Shown here in pieces: positions 41,202 through 51,143 of a DNA stretch of 64,000 bases. This DNA comes from an uncultured Methanomicrobiales archaeon (GTDB taxonomy: Archaea > Halobacteriota > Methanomicrobia > Methanomicrobiales > Methanospirillaceae), in the NCBI GenBank assembly GCA_963758915.1, contig CAVWXH010000016.1, positions 160,001-224,000 of the forward strand, written 5' to 3'. The notes below the pieces were generated by a model. That model saw only the letters and a program-made list of their open reading frames with translations. It had not been told where the DNA came from and did not search any database. The position numbers were made by a program, and so were the translations under genes. The stretch's first letter is position 1. Every line of letters starts with the position of its first letter.

Positions 41202-41633
41202 ATGGCTCAGGATAGTGGTAGAATAAAGAGAAAAGAGATCAGGATACAAATTCCTATTTTTTTCAAACTCATGATTAGCATGCTGTTTGTCGCAACAATC
41301 CCGATATTTCTTCTGGGAATTGTTTCAATGGGAGGTACTGCAAGTATAACAGCAAGTTTGGGTCTCCAGACGACAATTATTCTTCTGACTGTAGTCACCC
41401 TCGCCATCGTCCTTATGTGGAGTTTTTTCCTGGCAAGCAGTATTACGAGCCCTATTGTCAAACTATCAACTATTGCGCAACATATGAGCCAGGGGGAGAT
41501 AAAAACCGCAGAAATTGATGTAATGTCAAATGATGAAATAGGTGAGCTCGTAACTTCGTTTAACAAACTTATTAACACCTACCGCATTCTCGACACACTC
41601 GCAAAGGATGATACCGGTAATAAAGAGGCCTGA
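41202..41633 (+). CDS. Two-TM HAMP-domain protein without an output domain
   Basis: Two TMs then ITSPIVKLS...SNDEIGELVTSFN HAMP, ending shortly after. Confidence 0.85.
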   Translation: MAQDSGRIKRKEIRIQIPIFFKLMISMLFVATIPIFLLGIVSMGGTASITASLGLQTTIILLTVVTLAIVLMWSFFLASSITSPIVKLSTIAQHMSQGEIKTAEIDVMSNDEIGELVTSFNKLINTYRILDTLAKDDTGNKEA

Positions 41634-41639
41634 TTAAAC

Positions 41640-41668
41640 GAGGTGAAAATTTTTTCCACCTCCTTTTT
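41640..41668 (+). terminator. Hairpin + T-run after the HAMP gene
   Basis: GAGGTG...CACCTC stem followed by CTTTTT. Confidence 0.45.
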
Positions 41669-41851
41669 GAGATTCCCCGGTTGCTGGTTTAAGCATTCAT
41701 CGTTTTAGGGACATGAGTAATAAGGCCCTCTCCAGGTTTCAGGTGTCAGCCATGCCGGAGTCCAGACCAGTTTTTATACCGTTACTCTGCATGGCCTTCA
41801 TAGACAGTGATATGTATAAAAAGAAGAGACCACAATAATTGAAAAGCGGTT

Positions 41852-42199
41852 ATGTTCGAAGATATCCTTAATAAATTCTTAATAATTGACGGCGTTTCAT
41901 CTGTTACAATTATCCGGGATAATGGAGAGGTTGTGGAAAGCCAGAAAACCGGAGATTTCGATGATGGCCAGCTTGCGGCAGTGATCTCGTTTGTCCTTGA
42001 AGAGTCAAAATCAATGGCTTCAAAACTTGGAAAAGAACCGCTTTCAATGGTATTCATTGAATTCCGTGATCATATCCTCCTCTCCGCACCGTTAAAAGAA
42101 CATACATTCATCGTATTAATTGCAAAACCAAGTGCGAATATAGCCCAGATAAACCTGGAACTGAAAAAGAACCGGGATAAATTATCCATGATATTATGA
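41852..42199 (+). CDS. Roadblock/LC7 (MglB-like) protein
   Basis: 115 aa; IDGV..VTIIRDNGEVV, helix, LGKEPLSMVFIEF, ANIAQI pattern. Confidence 0.82.
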   Translation: MFEDILNKFLIIDGVSSVTIIRDNGEVVESQKTGDFDDGQLAAVISFVLEESKSMASKLGKEPLSMVFIEFRDHILLSAPLKEHTFIVLIAKPSANIAQINLELKKNRDKLSMIL

Positions 42200-43167
42200 T
42201 AAAAAATCTGCCGGAAGGAACATCTATTGGAGAGATGCGAGCCTCACTGCAGTGGATACTTTCGCATACTGCGCGGTTTGCCGGTCTCGTACTCGTGACA
42301 ATCCAGGGAAGCAGCGGGTTTATCCTGATTAATATGGGTAAACCACTGGCATATTATTTCAGGCACGGTCAAAATGTCCTGAATGGCCACGCTGCATACG
42401 AGTATTTCCAGAGCCAGCCATTTATCCAGTTTGAACTGAGAAAATATACTGCTTTGGAACTGACCCTTGCTCTTGGTCTTGCTTCTGCAACTGAAGTGCC
42501 TGCAGATCAGCCAACACCAGGAAAACAAACAAGCGGAATGGTGAAGGGGCTTGCCGGGATTTCCGCTGAACCTTCACCCGGTGAAACAACTGCTGATAGC
42601 AGTGGTGATGAGATCCCTCGTTCAGTACCAGAAAACAATCTTTCTTCGTTTGAAACGGGTCCGACTGAGTATTCGACGTTTGCTGACGACACAATTCCAT
42701 ATATCGGGGTATCCCAAAACTTCACGTTATCAGAGGATGACGAAAATGACCTCTCACTTTTCCCGCACGTACCCCTCAGGACCATAGGAAAATTGCTGGA
42801 CTCCAAGAAGACCGATGTAGGGGATCTAATCCTTGGGCAGATAATAAACCTTCCCGGTGTGCTGGCGGTCACCATATTCGGGCGTGGAATAAATGTCCTT
42901 TCAATTGGGGAGATCAATCCTGAAAACCTTGTTGACGTAGCAGAGGACCTGATCAACAGCTCAAAAGGACTATCATCCGTCATGCGAACAGGGCCGTTTA
43001 TCCAGGTGACACTCCAGATACCCGCCGGTAATATTATTATCGCTCCCTACTACGATGAATATGTCTGTATTCTTACCAGCCCGGGTATTAATCTTGGACA
43101 GATAAGGAAAATTATCCGGGAACTCCCCGGGATTGAAACCCCCGGGGAAAATGAAGAGGTATTCTGA
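42196..43167 (+). CDS. Protein with N-terminal DUF2226/PATAN-like domain, acidic linker and C-terminal roadblock domain
   Basis: FAGLV...GFILINMGKPLAYY; C-terminal LPGVLAV...QVTLQIPAGNIIIAP...INLGQIR. Confidence 0.68.
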   Translation: MIKNLPEGTSIGEMRASLQWILSHTARFAGLVLVTIQGSSGFILINMGKPLAYYFRHGQNVLNGHAAYEYFQSQPFIQFELRKYTALELTLALGLASATEVPADQPTPGKQTSGMVKGLAGISAEPSPGETTADSSGDEIPRSVPENNLSSFETGPTEYSTFADDTIPYIGVSQNFTLSEDDENDLSLFPHVPLRTIGKLLDSKKTDVGDLILGQIINLPGVLAVTIFGRGINVLSIGEINPENLVDVAEDLINSSKGLSSVMRTGPFIQVTLQIPAGNIIIAPYYDEYVCILTSPGINLGQIRKIIRELPGIETPGENEEVF

Positions 43168-43820
43168 TGTATACAGTCCTTGTTGTCGATGATAACCCTT
43201 CGATTGTTGATATTTTTGTCAATATGCTTGAGCAGGGAGGGTACCATGTTCTTTCAGCCACTGGTGGTGAAAGAGCGCTTGAAATCCTGAAAACTTCCAG
43301 GCCTGATGTGATCCTCCTTGATATCCTGATGGAACCAATGGACGGGTGGCAGACATTGGAACAGATAAAATCTGGTCCTCAGTCTATGTCGTCTATTCCA
43401 GTTATGATGCTGACTGCAAAACCCCTGAGTCCTGACGAAGCTAAAAAATTCGGGCTTTCCATCGAGGACTATATTAATAAACCTATCACCCGCCGGGCCC
43501 TCTATGGTGCAATAGAACGCTTTTTTCAGCGTCGCGACCGCATGGAGACCCATATGCAGATTGCGGGAGAAAGTGGCGCAACCCCGGAAACCCTGAAGGA
43601 ATACAGGATGCTGTGTCGGGCTACCGATGTCCAGAAACGGCTTCTTCGTATTCTTGAACACCTTGCGATAAACGATAACCTTGAACCGGGAAAATACGAA
43701 GAAATTACCTCGGCGGTCAGGGATATGAAAGAGAGTCTGGCCGGGAAAAACGAACGGCTTGAGGAGATAAGGCGCCAGTTCTTTGATCTCGGGATAACGC
43801 CTGATGAGGTGCAGCCGTGA
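43167..43820 (+). CDS. Response regulator with C-terminal helical extension
   Basis: VVDDN, LLDILMEPMDG, MLTAK, NKP; translationally coupled to the previous gene. Confidence 0.9.
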   Translation: MYTVLVVDDNPSIVDIFVNMLEQGGYHVLSATGGERALEILKTSRPDVILLDILMEPMDGWQTLEQIKSGPQSMSSIPVMMLTAKPLSPDEAKKFGLSIEDYINKPITRRALYGAIERFFQRRDRMETHMQIAGESGATPETLKEYRMLCRATDVQKRLLRILEHLAINDNLEPGKYEEITSAVRDMKESLAGKNERLEEIRRQFFDLGITPDEVQP

Positions 43821-44001
43821 TGCAGTCTGTCCAGGCCCCAAGGTCCAGATTCTATCACCTCTTCAACCGGATTTCCCAAAATAATCCCCGGGAAGCGATA
43901 ATGAGGGCAATCTACCTACGGTTTTCACGGGTAGTACCCTGTATGGATAAAGGATTAAATCGTATTATCCCGTTTTTCTTCTACCCTGGGACCTGATTCT
44001 G

Positions 44002-44670
44002 ATGAATAGTCAGCTCATACCGGTATCAGAGCTCTCTTCAGCTGCAGGATGCCCGGTCAGGGTATTTTTTAACCGGTCAAACCCATGGGTAGAACCTTCC
44101 GAGTACACTATATGTAAGCAGATTTCCTACCACCTTGGAGGCTGCATTGAAAGAGACGAGATATGGCAGGAGATCTGCAGGGTGGCGCCAGGAATTGATC
44201 CATCGTATAGATCGTATTATGATACCTGTGTCGATCACTGTTGCAATAAGGAATGGAGGGTTGCATCCGAGCATGATCTTTTTGTAACGTCCGATCGTTT
44301 CGGGATCTGCGGGACAATTGACAGAATTTATACTGATGCTCCCTTCTTTTCAATAACCCGGTCTGTGAAACCACCGGTCCTGGGTATTTATCCGGGTGAC
44401 CGGATGCGGGTGCTGGGCTATGCCCTCTGCCTGTCGGAACTATCAGGGATGGAGTTGCGTGGAGCTTCAATAGACTATATTCCAGGAGGAATAAGCCGCT
44501 ATTATGAGATCCAACCCCGTGATATGAGGAGGTTTTACACGATACGAAAGGTTCTGGCAAATATGAATGCGGGGAGTGTCCCGAAAAAACCTCTCAATGC
44601 CCCGTGTGATGCCTGCTATTACCAGGGGCGATGTGACCCCGGGCCTACCCGGCTTTCAGACCGGTTCTGA
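44002..44670 (+). CDS. Solo Cas4/Dna2-like Fe-S protein
   Basis: N-terminal VSEL...CP, GICGTIDRI, C-terminal CDACYYQGRC. Confidence 0.8.
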   Translation: MNSQLIPVSELSSAAGCPVRVFFNRSNPWVEPSEYTICKQISYHLGGCIERDEIWQEICRVAPGIDPSYRSYYDTCVDHCCNKEWRVASEHDLFVTSDRFGICGTIDRIYTDAPFFSITRSVKPPVLGIYPGDRMRVLGYALCLSELSGMELRGASIDYIPGGISRYYEIQPRDMRRFYTIRKVLANMNAGSVPKKPLNAPCDACYYQGRCDPGPTRLSDRF

Positions 44671-44755
44671 CCTGACAAACCATAACAATAACAATCTGTT
44701 TTTTTATGTGGACCCCCGCCGGGAAATGGGCTACCTGCCGTGGATGTATCTCTTT

Positions 44756-45679
44756 TTACTGCTCTAACAGGGTAATGGACTTGATATATTCACCCCTTGC
44801 TTCCCGGGTAGTACCCACGATCAACCAGTATTCGTTCCCGTGGCGTTCGCATATCCCCTGAGCCATAATCCTCTCGCCACGGACTGCCTGTCCGCTATAG
44901 GTGTGGGTAAACGAGAGCACCCTGGAAACTTTTTCGTGTGAAACAGAATATACTGCAGGATTATCGTATGCATATGTGGCATCGGTTACCATGGCTTCGA
45001 TAGTCATTGGCCCGATGATTTCCCCTTTTACAGAAACGGCACTGCCGATCTCCCCATAGCCCCGGGAATACAGAAGATCAAAGTACGTCCCTTCAATCTG
45101 TCCACGGTTCCATTTTCGTTTTTCGTGAATAATAAAATCCTCAAAGGAAATCTCCGGCCTGCGTTTCCTGTATACCGTTTCCCAGAGTTCTTCGCTCATC
45201 GGTTCAAGCAGTCCTTTTCCTACGGACGAGATTAGTTGTTCGCGGGCTGCAAACCAGTCCCTGCCGTATACAATAAAATCAATATCCGAAGATTCTATCT
45301 CCAGCCCACAGAGAAGTGACCCTGTACACCCCATTGATGAAACAGGGACATTAAATAACTTCATAAGTCTTCTTACACGGGGGTCTCTGGATACAATGGA
45401 AGGGAGTTCAATTTCCGGTTTGTAAATCCTTTTCACATCGGTTGGAGGGACCCGGTGCATAACGTCCAGATAGTGCGGTTTTCTCTCTTCGATTAATTTA
45501 AACGCTGGTTCAAAATCAAGTTTCTGGTAACGTGTACCCGTCCTGCTAATTCTGTCTCCGTGAGGATCTGGTATGTAACGTAAAATGCAACCAATACGTT
45601 CGGTATTGTCGTAGGTAGATACCGCATAGAGCCACCCGTCATAGTCTTCGATAAAGTCGCGGAGCCTTAGTGGCAGCAT
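44756..45679 (-). CDS. Pol-beta superfamily nucleotidyltransferase (archaeal COG1665-like)
   Basis: TGSLLCG....SDIDFIVYG motif. Confidence 0.82.
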   Translation of the reverse strand: MLPLRLRDFIEDYDGWLYAVSTYDNTERIGCILRYIPDPHGDRISRTGTRYQKLDFEPAFKLIEERKPHYLDVMHRVPPTDVKRIYKPEIELPSIVSRDPRVRRLMKLFNVPVSSMGCTGSLLCGLEIESSDIDFIVYGRDWFAAREQLISSVGKGLLEPMSEELWETVYRKRRPEISFEDFIIHEKRKWNRGQIEGTYFDLLYSRGYGEIGSAVSVKGEIIGPMTIEAMVTDATYAYDNPAVYSVSHEKVSRVLSFTHTYSGQAVRGERIMAQGICERHGNEYWLIVGTTREARGEYIKSITLLEQ

Positions 45680-45685
45680 CCGGGT

Positions 45686-46261
45686 TCACTCCATCATTGA
45701 GAGGTAATTCCTGACCTCTCCGATAAGTGCACCTTCACGGATAATGCACCGGTTCACTAAATCTACCACCGTGCTCGGTGTCCCGGGAAGAATTCCCCCG
45801 TCAATAAGAATATCATACGGGACATGGCATTCACCCGGGGTTATGGGGTCCTTTGCCCCGGACTGGTTTGCACTGGTAGCGGTAACAGGCGAATCGAAAC
45901 GGGAAATCAGGTCGATTGCAACAGGATGTGCCGGATACCGGACACCGATCATCCCTGTCCCAACGGTCAGCATCGCGGGGAGATATGAGCGTGCTTTAAC
46001 AATGACGGTAACGGGTCCGGGTAAAAATTTATTGATGAAGTCCTCTTCACGCGGGCCGATTTGAGTTACCGCGGCCATCATATCCAAATCAGAAACGGCA
46101 ATCGACAGTGGCATTGAAAGGGGTCGGTTTTTTGCCTCATAAACCTTGAGGATTGCGTCTTCGGAAAACGCGTCACCACCCAGACCATAAATCGTTTCGG
46201 TTGGGTAGACTACCAGTCCATCTGTCATCAAAGCTTTGACAGCTTTTTCTATTATATCCAT
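45686..46261 (-). CDS. tsaC: Threonylcarbamoyl-AMP synthase (YrdC/TsaC domain only)
   Basis: YPTETIYGL, KNRP, PGPVT, TSANQSG, PSTVVD, IREG. Confidence 0.92.
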   Translation of the reverse strand: MDIIEKAVKALMTDGLVVYPTETIYGLGGDAFSEDAILKVYEAKNRPLSMPLSIAVSDLDMMAAVTQIGPREEDFINKFLPGPVTVIVKARSYLPAMLTVGTGMIGVRYPAHPVAIDLISRFDSPVTATSANQSGAKDPITPGECHVPYDILIDGGILPGTPSTVVDLVNRCIIREGALIGEVRNYLSMME

Positions 46262-46942
46262 CTAGAACTCCCTGCCGCGGACCCTGTTGATATCGAATAC
46301 TGCCTTACTGCTGACATGCATGACCGCAAAAACTCCTGCCTGTATCGGGTCAGTGACCACGAGGTCGGCATGTTCAGGTACACTCCCTGCCATCTTCAGA
46401 GCGATAACCGGGATCCCCGCTTCCCGGACGCGGTCGACGGCGATTGAAATCTCTCCCCCCATTAATGATCCTGCAAGTACGAGGATAGCTGCCCTTGGAA
46501 GCCTTGCTACCGCATCGACTGCCTGTGCCACAGTTCGTTCACCTACGAGTGGTATGGTATCGACAGAGATCCGTTCTCCTCTGATATTATGCCGGTCAGC
46601 TTCATTTACGGCGCCAAGTGCGACCTGAGCAACCTGGGCTCCACCACCTATGATTATGACCCTGGTCCCGAAAATGTTGGAAAATGGTTTATAGGGCTTT
46701 ACACCCTTCACCGATGGAATCCCTTCCAGCTCACCGATCAGCTCTTCAAAATCAGACCCGCCTTCGTACTCGACATATATCTCTGCGAGGCGGTTCATCG
46801 GTCCCGATTCAAAGACCTCCTGGTGTATCATCATGATATTTGCATCATGACAGGCGACAACGGTGGTGATATCCCGAAGTACACCTTTGGTATTCTCTGC
46901 AATAATCCTGATAGCAAAAAGTTCGTGTTCGTGTTCAGGCAT
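46262..46942 (-). CDS. ACT-domain protein (DUF5612/COG2150-like)
   Basis: N-terminal ACT (ENTKGVLRDI); GGGAQVAQVA.GA.EADRHNIRGERISVDT. Confidence 0.87.
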   Translation of the reverse strand: MPEHEHELFAIRIIAENTKGVLRDITTVVACHDANIMMIHQEVFESGPMNRLAEIYVEYEGGSDFEELIGELEGIPSVKGVKPYKPFSNIFGTRVIIIGGGAQVAQVALGAVNEADRHNIRGERISVDTIPLVGERTVAQAVDAVARLPRAAILVLAGSLMGGEISIAVDRVREAGIPVIALKMAGSVPEHADLVVTDPIQAGVFAVMHVSSKAVFDINRVRGREF

Positions 46943-46949
46943 AAATAGA

Positions 46950-47020
46950 TGCGATAACCGGGGATCGAACCCGGGTTAGAAGCTTGGGAAGCTCCTGTCC
47001 TACCGCTAGACTATTATCGC
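46950..47020 (-). tRNA. tRNA-Gly (anticodon CCC)
   Basis: GCGATAA/TTATCGC acceptor, GGAGC-TT-CCC-AA-GCTTC anticodon arm, GTTCGATC T-loop. Confidence 0.95.
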
Positions 47021-47166
47021 GAAGATTTCACTACGGTATTGTTTGTTTGGACTGATAAAGGTTATTTTATCGGGCTAGGAGGTATCTGGTATCAATGATT
47101 GAATTCTATGGGCAAGAAAAAATTATCTGCTGATTTGTTGAACAATAAATTTGCAGGTCCCCTTTT

Positions 47167-48087
47167 TTACGGGCGTTTTGGTGAATGTATCTTCTGTAAT
47201 TCATACATAACCTCGCGATGATATCCAAGAAGCATATCGCTGATTACGCCAAACATGAAAACCTGGAATCCCACGACAACTAACAAAACGGTAAGAACGG
47301 TAAGAGGCAGGTGATCAATGCCACGGAACCATTCGAAAAGAACATACGTCCCGGTAATAAATCCTGCAATCATGATTATTACACCGATTAAACCAAAATA
47401 GAACATCGGGTTGTTACTTTTTGCAAGCTTATATATGGTTGTCGTAATTTTCAGACCGTCGTGGAACGGGTTTAATTTTGTATTGGTACCGGGTCTTTTA
47501 AAATACCTGATTGGTACAATTTTGATGTTCTGGTCATTTCGTACTGCTTCCGCAGATATCTCGGTCTCAATCTCAAAACCCGTCTCTTTCAGGTGAAGCT
47601 GTTTAATTGACTGAATGGTAAACGCCCGGTATCCTGAAAGGATATCAGATAAGTATTTTCCCTGTGCCAGTTTGAAAAGCCGGTTGATAAGCTGGTTGCC
47701 AAATAAATTGAGCCTTGAAAATGCGGGTTGGTTATCCGGGATCAGCCGGTTCCCAATCACCTGGTCATATCCTTCTAACAGGGGTGCAAGCATGTTTTCT
47801 GCATCCTTTGGTGAGTATGTACCATCACCATCCAGCATCAGGATATAGGGTGAATCGATAGCATGAAATGCTTCTATCAGGGCATTTCCTTTACCCTTTG
47901 CAGACTGCACCATCACCCGTGCGCCGGACTCCGTAGCGATCTCGCGGGTTGCATCACGGCTGTTTCCGTCCATGACTACGATAGTGGGATAACCCAGCCC
48001 TTTGAATTCATTAATAAGGTCCCTGATCGTCGGGGCCTCATTTAATGTCGGGATAAGGATGCAGACCTTATCTTTTTCAATATTCAT
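47167..48087 (-). CDS. aglJ: S-layer glycoprotein N-glycosyltransferase (GT2, dolichol-phosphate priming)
   Basis: LIPTLNEA, DGNSRD, GKGNAL, LDGDGTY, DILSGYR, two C-terminal TMs. Confidence 0.85.
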   Translation of the reverse strand: MNIEKDKVCILIPTLNEAPTIRDLINEFKGLGYPTIVVMDGNSRDATREIATESGARVMVQSAKGKGNALIEAFHAIDSPYILMLDGDGTYSPKDAENMLAPLLEGYDQVIGNRLIPDNQPAFSRLNLFGNQLINRLFKLAQGKYLSDILSGYRAFTIQSIKQLHLKETGFEIETEISAEAVRNDQNIKIVPIRYFKRPGTNTKLNPFHDGLKITTTIYKLAKSNNPMFYFGLIGVIIMIAGFITGTYVLFEWFRGIDHLPLTVLTVLLVVVGFQVFMFGVISDMLLGYHREVMYELQKIHSPKRP

Positions 48088-48125
48088 TCAATTACTATAT
48101 TAGATTCATCGACATAAGTGCTTTC

Positions 48126-48695
48126 ATGCATATCTCCAAAAAAGGAATCCGGGCACTGGGTATTGCCGAGAGTTATTCCGGGAGAGAGCAGTCGGTCATC
48201 TGTGGTGTCGCAATGAGGAAAGACCTCAGGATAGATGGTGTCGGGTTTGGGACTGTCACCGTCGGAGGTTCAGATGCAACAGATTCTATACTATCCCTGG
48301 TTAGAAAACTTGCGAGGAGCGATATAAACGTTCTTCTTCTTGGTGGATGCCTTATATCATGGTATAACATTATTGATCCCCTGCGATTGTATAAAGAACT
48401 GAATTTACCCGTTATTTGTGTCACCTACGAGGCATCAGAAGGTCTTACGGAGGATATTGAAAAATATTTTCCAGGTGATTCAGACCGCATTTCAATGTAC
48501 ATGCTTCTTGGTGAACGATTTCCTGTGCTGCTAAAAACCGGCAGGACGATTTATCTCCGCTCCTGGGGGATCACTGATGCGGATGCTGCAAAGATATGTG
48601 ATGATTTCACACTGGATGGCAAAGTTCCGGAGCCCGTAAGGGTGGCAAGACTGAGTGCCCGGGCTTTTATGCGATATGGCTATAACTTGAAATAA
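48126..48695 (+). CDS. DUF99 family protein (endonuclease V-like)
   Basis: RALGIAES, GSDATD, YNIID, GKVPEPVRVA. Confidence 0.82.
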   Translation: MHISKKGIRALGIAESYSGREQSVICGVAMRKDLRIDGVGFGTVTVGGSDATDSILSLVRKLARSDINVLLLGGCLISWYNIIDPLRLYKELNLPVICVTYEASEGLTEDIEKYFPGDSDRISMYMLLGERFPVLLKTGRTIYLRSWGITDADAAKICDDFTLDGKVPEPVRVARLSARAFMRYGYNLK

Positions 48696-49176
48696 GGGCG
48701 CCTGAAGGCTTTTGGTAGACTTCAAACCTGATGGAGTCTCCCGGGTGAAAGGTACCGTCAGTAAAGTCAATCATGATTTGTTCACCAGGCTCCCACCATG
48801 TCCCTGTACACCCTGAGCCCCCCATTGTCTGAATTCCGATGTGGACAGTAGGTATGAAATTATGGCCGTTCATGGTACTGATGCGGCAATCCAGTTTTTG
48901 GTTATTTCTAAAAAATGAAGCCCTGAGGCGGTCATTCTCCAGTCTCTCTGTACCATGATGATAGAGGAGAACCCTGCTGTCGTAGTTTATTGTCCCTGCT
49001 TCATTTGTGCTGTATACTTTTTTTATTTCCAGGAATGAGGGTGGTTTGTATATCTCCATATCTGGCATCTGAAACATAAGATAGGCCAGCATGGCGAGCA
49101 GAATAGTGATTGTTACCATTAGTATTACTGCAATTGAGTGGGAAGACCCGTCTTCCGTGTTTATTCGCCGGTGCAT
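48667..49176 (-). CDS. Archaeal type IV pilin-like protein (DUF1628-type)
   Basis: Class III signal-like EDG/SS..IAVILMVTITILLA, HHGTE, WEPGE. Confidence 0.72.
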   Translation of the reverse strand: MHRRINTEDGSSHSIAVILMVTITILLAMLAYLMFQMPDMEIYKPPSFLEIKKVYSTNEAGTINYDSRVLLYHHGTERLENDRLRASFFRNNQKLDCRISTMNGHNFIPTVHIGIQTMGGSGCTGTWWEPGEQIMIDFTDGTFHPGDSIRFEVYQKPSGALISSYSHIA

Positions 49177-49384
49177 ATGCAAAGTACCAGATGTTGCCGG
49201 GTATTTGGAGATTAAGGTATTGAAATTATTCGGAAAATGCAAGTCCGGGCTGGAAATGGAATCCAGAGATTATTATGGACAATCTATATTGTGAAATGAA
49301 TCGGAATAACCTGGTCCAAAAATCCCTGTCAGTGGGAATCAGCATCAGGGTTATTCTTATCCCAATAAAAAAAAGTGAAAATGT

Positions 49385-49717
49385 TTATTCTTCTTCAATT
49401 TCCCCTGTCCTCACGCGGATCGATTTGGTGACAGGGGATACGAAGATTCTCCCGTCACCAATTTTACCTGTCCGTGCAGCATTGATAATGAGGTCCAGGA
49501 TCATCTGGAGGTCTTTGTCCTTCACCACTACTTCCACTTTACATTTCGGAATAAGGTCGACAGTAATTTCCCCACCCCGGTACTGGAGCACGATCCCTTT
49601 CTGGTCTCCACGTCCCTGGACGTCTGAAACGGTCAGGCCGTAAATTTTGTTCTCTTCAAGCGCTTTTTTTACGAATTCAAACCGTTCAGGTTTTATTATT
49701 GCTTCGATTTTTTGCAT
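49385..49717 (-). CDS. glnK: P-II nitrogen regulator
   Basis: KIEAIIKP, GRGDQKG, TGKIGDGRIFV, RVRTGE; follows amtB. Confidence 0.95.
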   Translation of the reverse strand: MQKIEAIIKPERFEFVKKALEENKIYGLTVSDVQGRGDQKGIVLQYRGGEITVDLIPKCKVEVVVKDKDLQMILDLIINAARTGKIGDGRIFVSPVTKSIRVRTGEIEEE

Positions 49718-49727
49718 CTGGTTCACC

Positions 49728-50936
49728 TCATGCATTTATCCGTTCGCCGTGTTGGGAGATATCCAGTCCCACATATTCTTCATCTTCCGTTACACGCAGC
49801 CCCATGAATTTGTCAACGACCCATGCAAGCACATACGTGACCCCGAAGGCGTAAATCAGTGCTGCAAATGCTGCTACTGCATTAATGATAAACTGGTTGA
49901 CATTTCCTTCAAGAAGGCCGGAATACCCATTCACTGCGGCTGCTGCAAAGATACCTGTTGCAAGAGCTCCCCATAGACCGCCCATACCATGGATTGCCCA
50001 TGCATCACAACTTTCATCGAGACCTTTCCTCATCCGGAAGAGCATTGCACCATAACATACGAGACCTGCAATCACTCCGATAACAATTGATGCCATTGGG
50101 GTCACATAGCCGGACGCAGGAGTAATTGCTACAAGACCGGCAATTGCGCCTGATATCATCCCCAGAGAACTTGGTTTCCCATGGTACCAGCTTGCAAACA
50201 TCCATGCCAGGGCACCTGCAGCGGCTGCCGTGTTCGTGACGACAAATGCATTCGCAGCAAGACCATTGGCTGCAATTGCACTGCCTGCGTTAAACCCGAA
50301 CCAGCCGAACCAGAGTAACGCTGCCCCGAGCAGGGTCATCGGTATGTTATGCGGCTCCATCATGTACTTGCCGTAACCTGAACGGGCCCCGATTACAAGG
50401 GCAATGGCGAGTGCTCCGAAACCGGAACTGATATGTACAACAGTACCTCCGGCGAAATCAAGTGCACCCATCTGTTGTGCCCATCCACCACCCCATACCC
50501 AGTGTGCGAGAGGATCGTACACAAGTGTGGTCCACAGTAGCGCGAATACTATGAAGGATGAGAGTTTAACCCGTTCGGCCATCCCGGATGTTAATATTGC
50601 CATTGTAACTGTTGCGAAGGTCAGCTGGAAGATCATGTAGAGTAATCCAGGAATTGCGGGACTATATGGTCCGGCCTCCATCCCTACTCCTTCGAGACCA
50701 AGATTTGAAAGGTTGCCAATGAAACCCCCTGTGTCCCCGCCGAACACCAGAGAATATCCAATTAATACCCACTGGATACTGACAAGTGCAAACGCGACGA
50801 ATGCGAGTGCAATCATCGAGATAAAATTTTTCCTGCGTACCAGCCCGCCGTAGAAGAACCCTACACCGGGTGTCATGAGCATTACCAGTGCCGTAGCTGC
50901 AAGGAGCCAGGCCGTTGTTCCCGTATCGATTGCCAT
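49728..50936 (-). CDS. amtB: Ammonium transporter
   Basis: [25 protein letters not shown], second pore His in AIHG. Confidence 0.97.
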   Translation of the reverse strand: MAIDTGTTAWLLAATALVMLMTPGVGFFYGGLVRRKNFISMIALAFVAFALVSIQWVLIGYSLVFGGDTGGFIGNLSNLGLEGVGMEAGPYSPAIPGLLYMIFQLTFATVTMAILTSGMAERVKLSSFIVFALLWTTLVYDPLAHWVWGGGWAQQMGALDFAGGTVVHISSGFGALAIALVIGARSGYGKYMMEPHNIPMTLLGAALLWFGWFGFNAGSAIAANGLAANAFVVTNTAAAAGALAWMFASWYHGKPSSLGMISGAIAGLVAITPASGYVTPMASIVIGVIAGLVCYGAMLFRMRKGLDESCDAWAIHGMGGLWGALATGIFAAAAVNGYSGLLEGNVNQFIINAVAAFAALIYAFGVTYVLAWVVDKFMGLRVTEDEEYVGLDISQHGERINA

Positions 50937-51129
50937 GTAATTTTCACCATCCTGTTGAACGAAATGTAGTGTACGTAATTAATTTTAGTTTTTCTTCAGG
51001 AGTTAATTGAGATTCTGTCCAATTCTGGAGTTAGGAATTGTTATCAGAGGAGGGACCGGAGAGGTGAATATCCTGATACTTACCTTTAGCCGGGGTATCG
51101 GGGTTTAATTGGTACCTCCTCTGGTAGAA

Positions 51130-51143
51130 GGAAGTTATGTTTC
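51130..51143. promoter_or_regulatory. NrpR-like operator upstream of amtB1
   Basis: GGAA-GTTATG-TTTC (consensus GGAA-N6-TTCC, 1 mismatch) just downstream of a minus-strand TTATATA box. Confidence 0.65.

Noticed and set aside
44002-44670. CRISPR-Cas locus
   Set aside because: Only a solo Cas4-like gene; no cas1/cas2 or repeat-spacer array seen in the window
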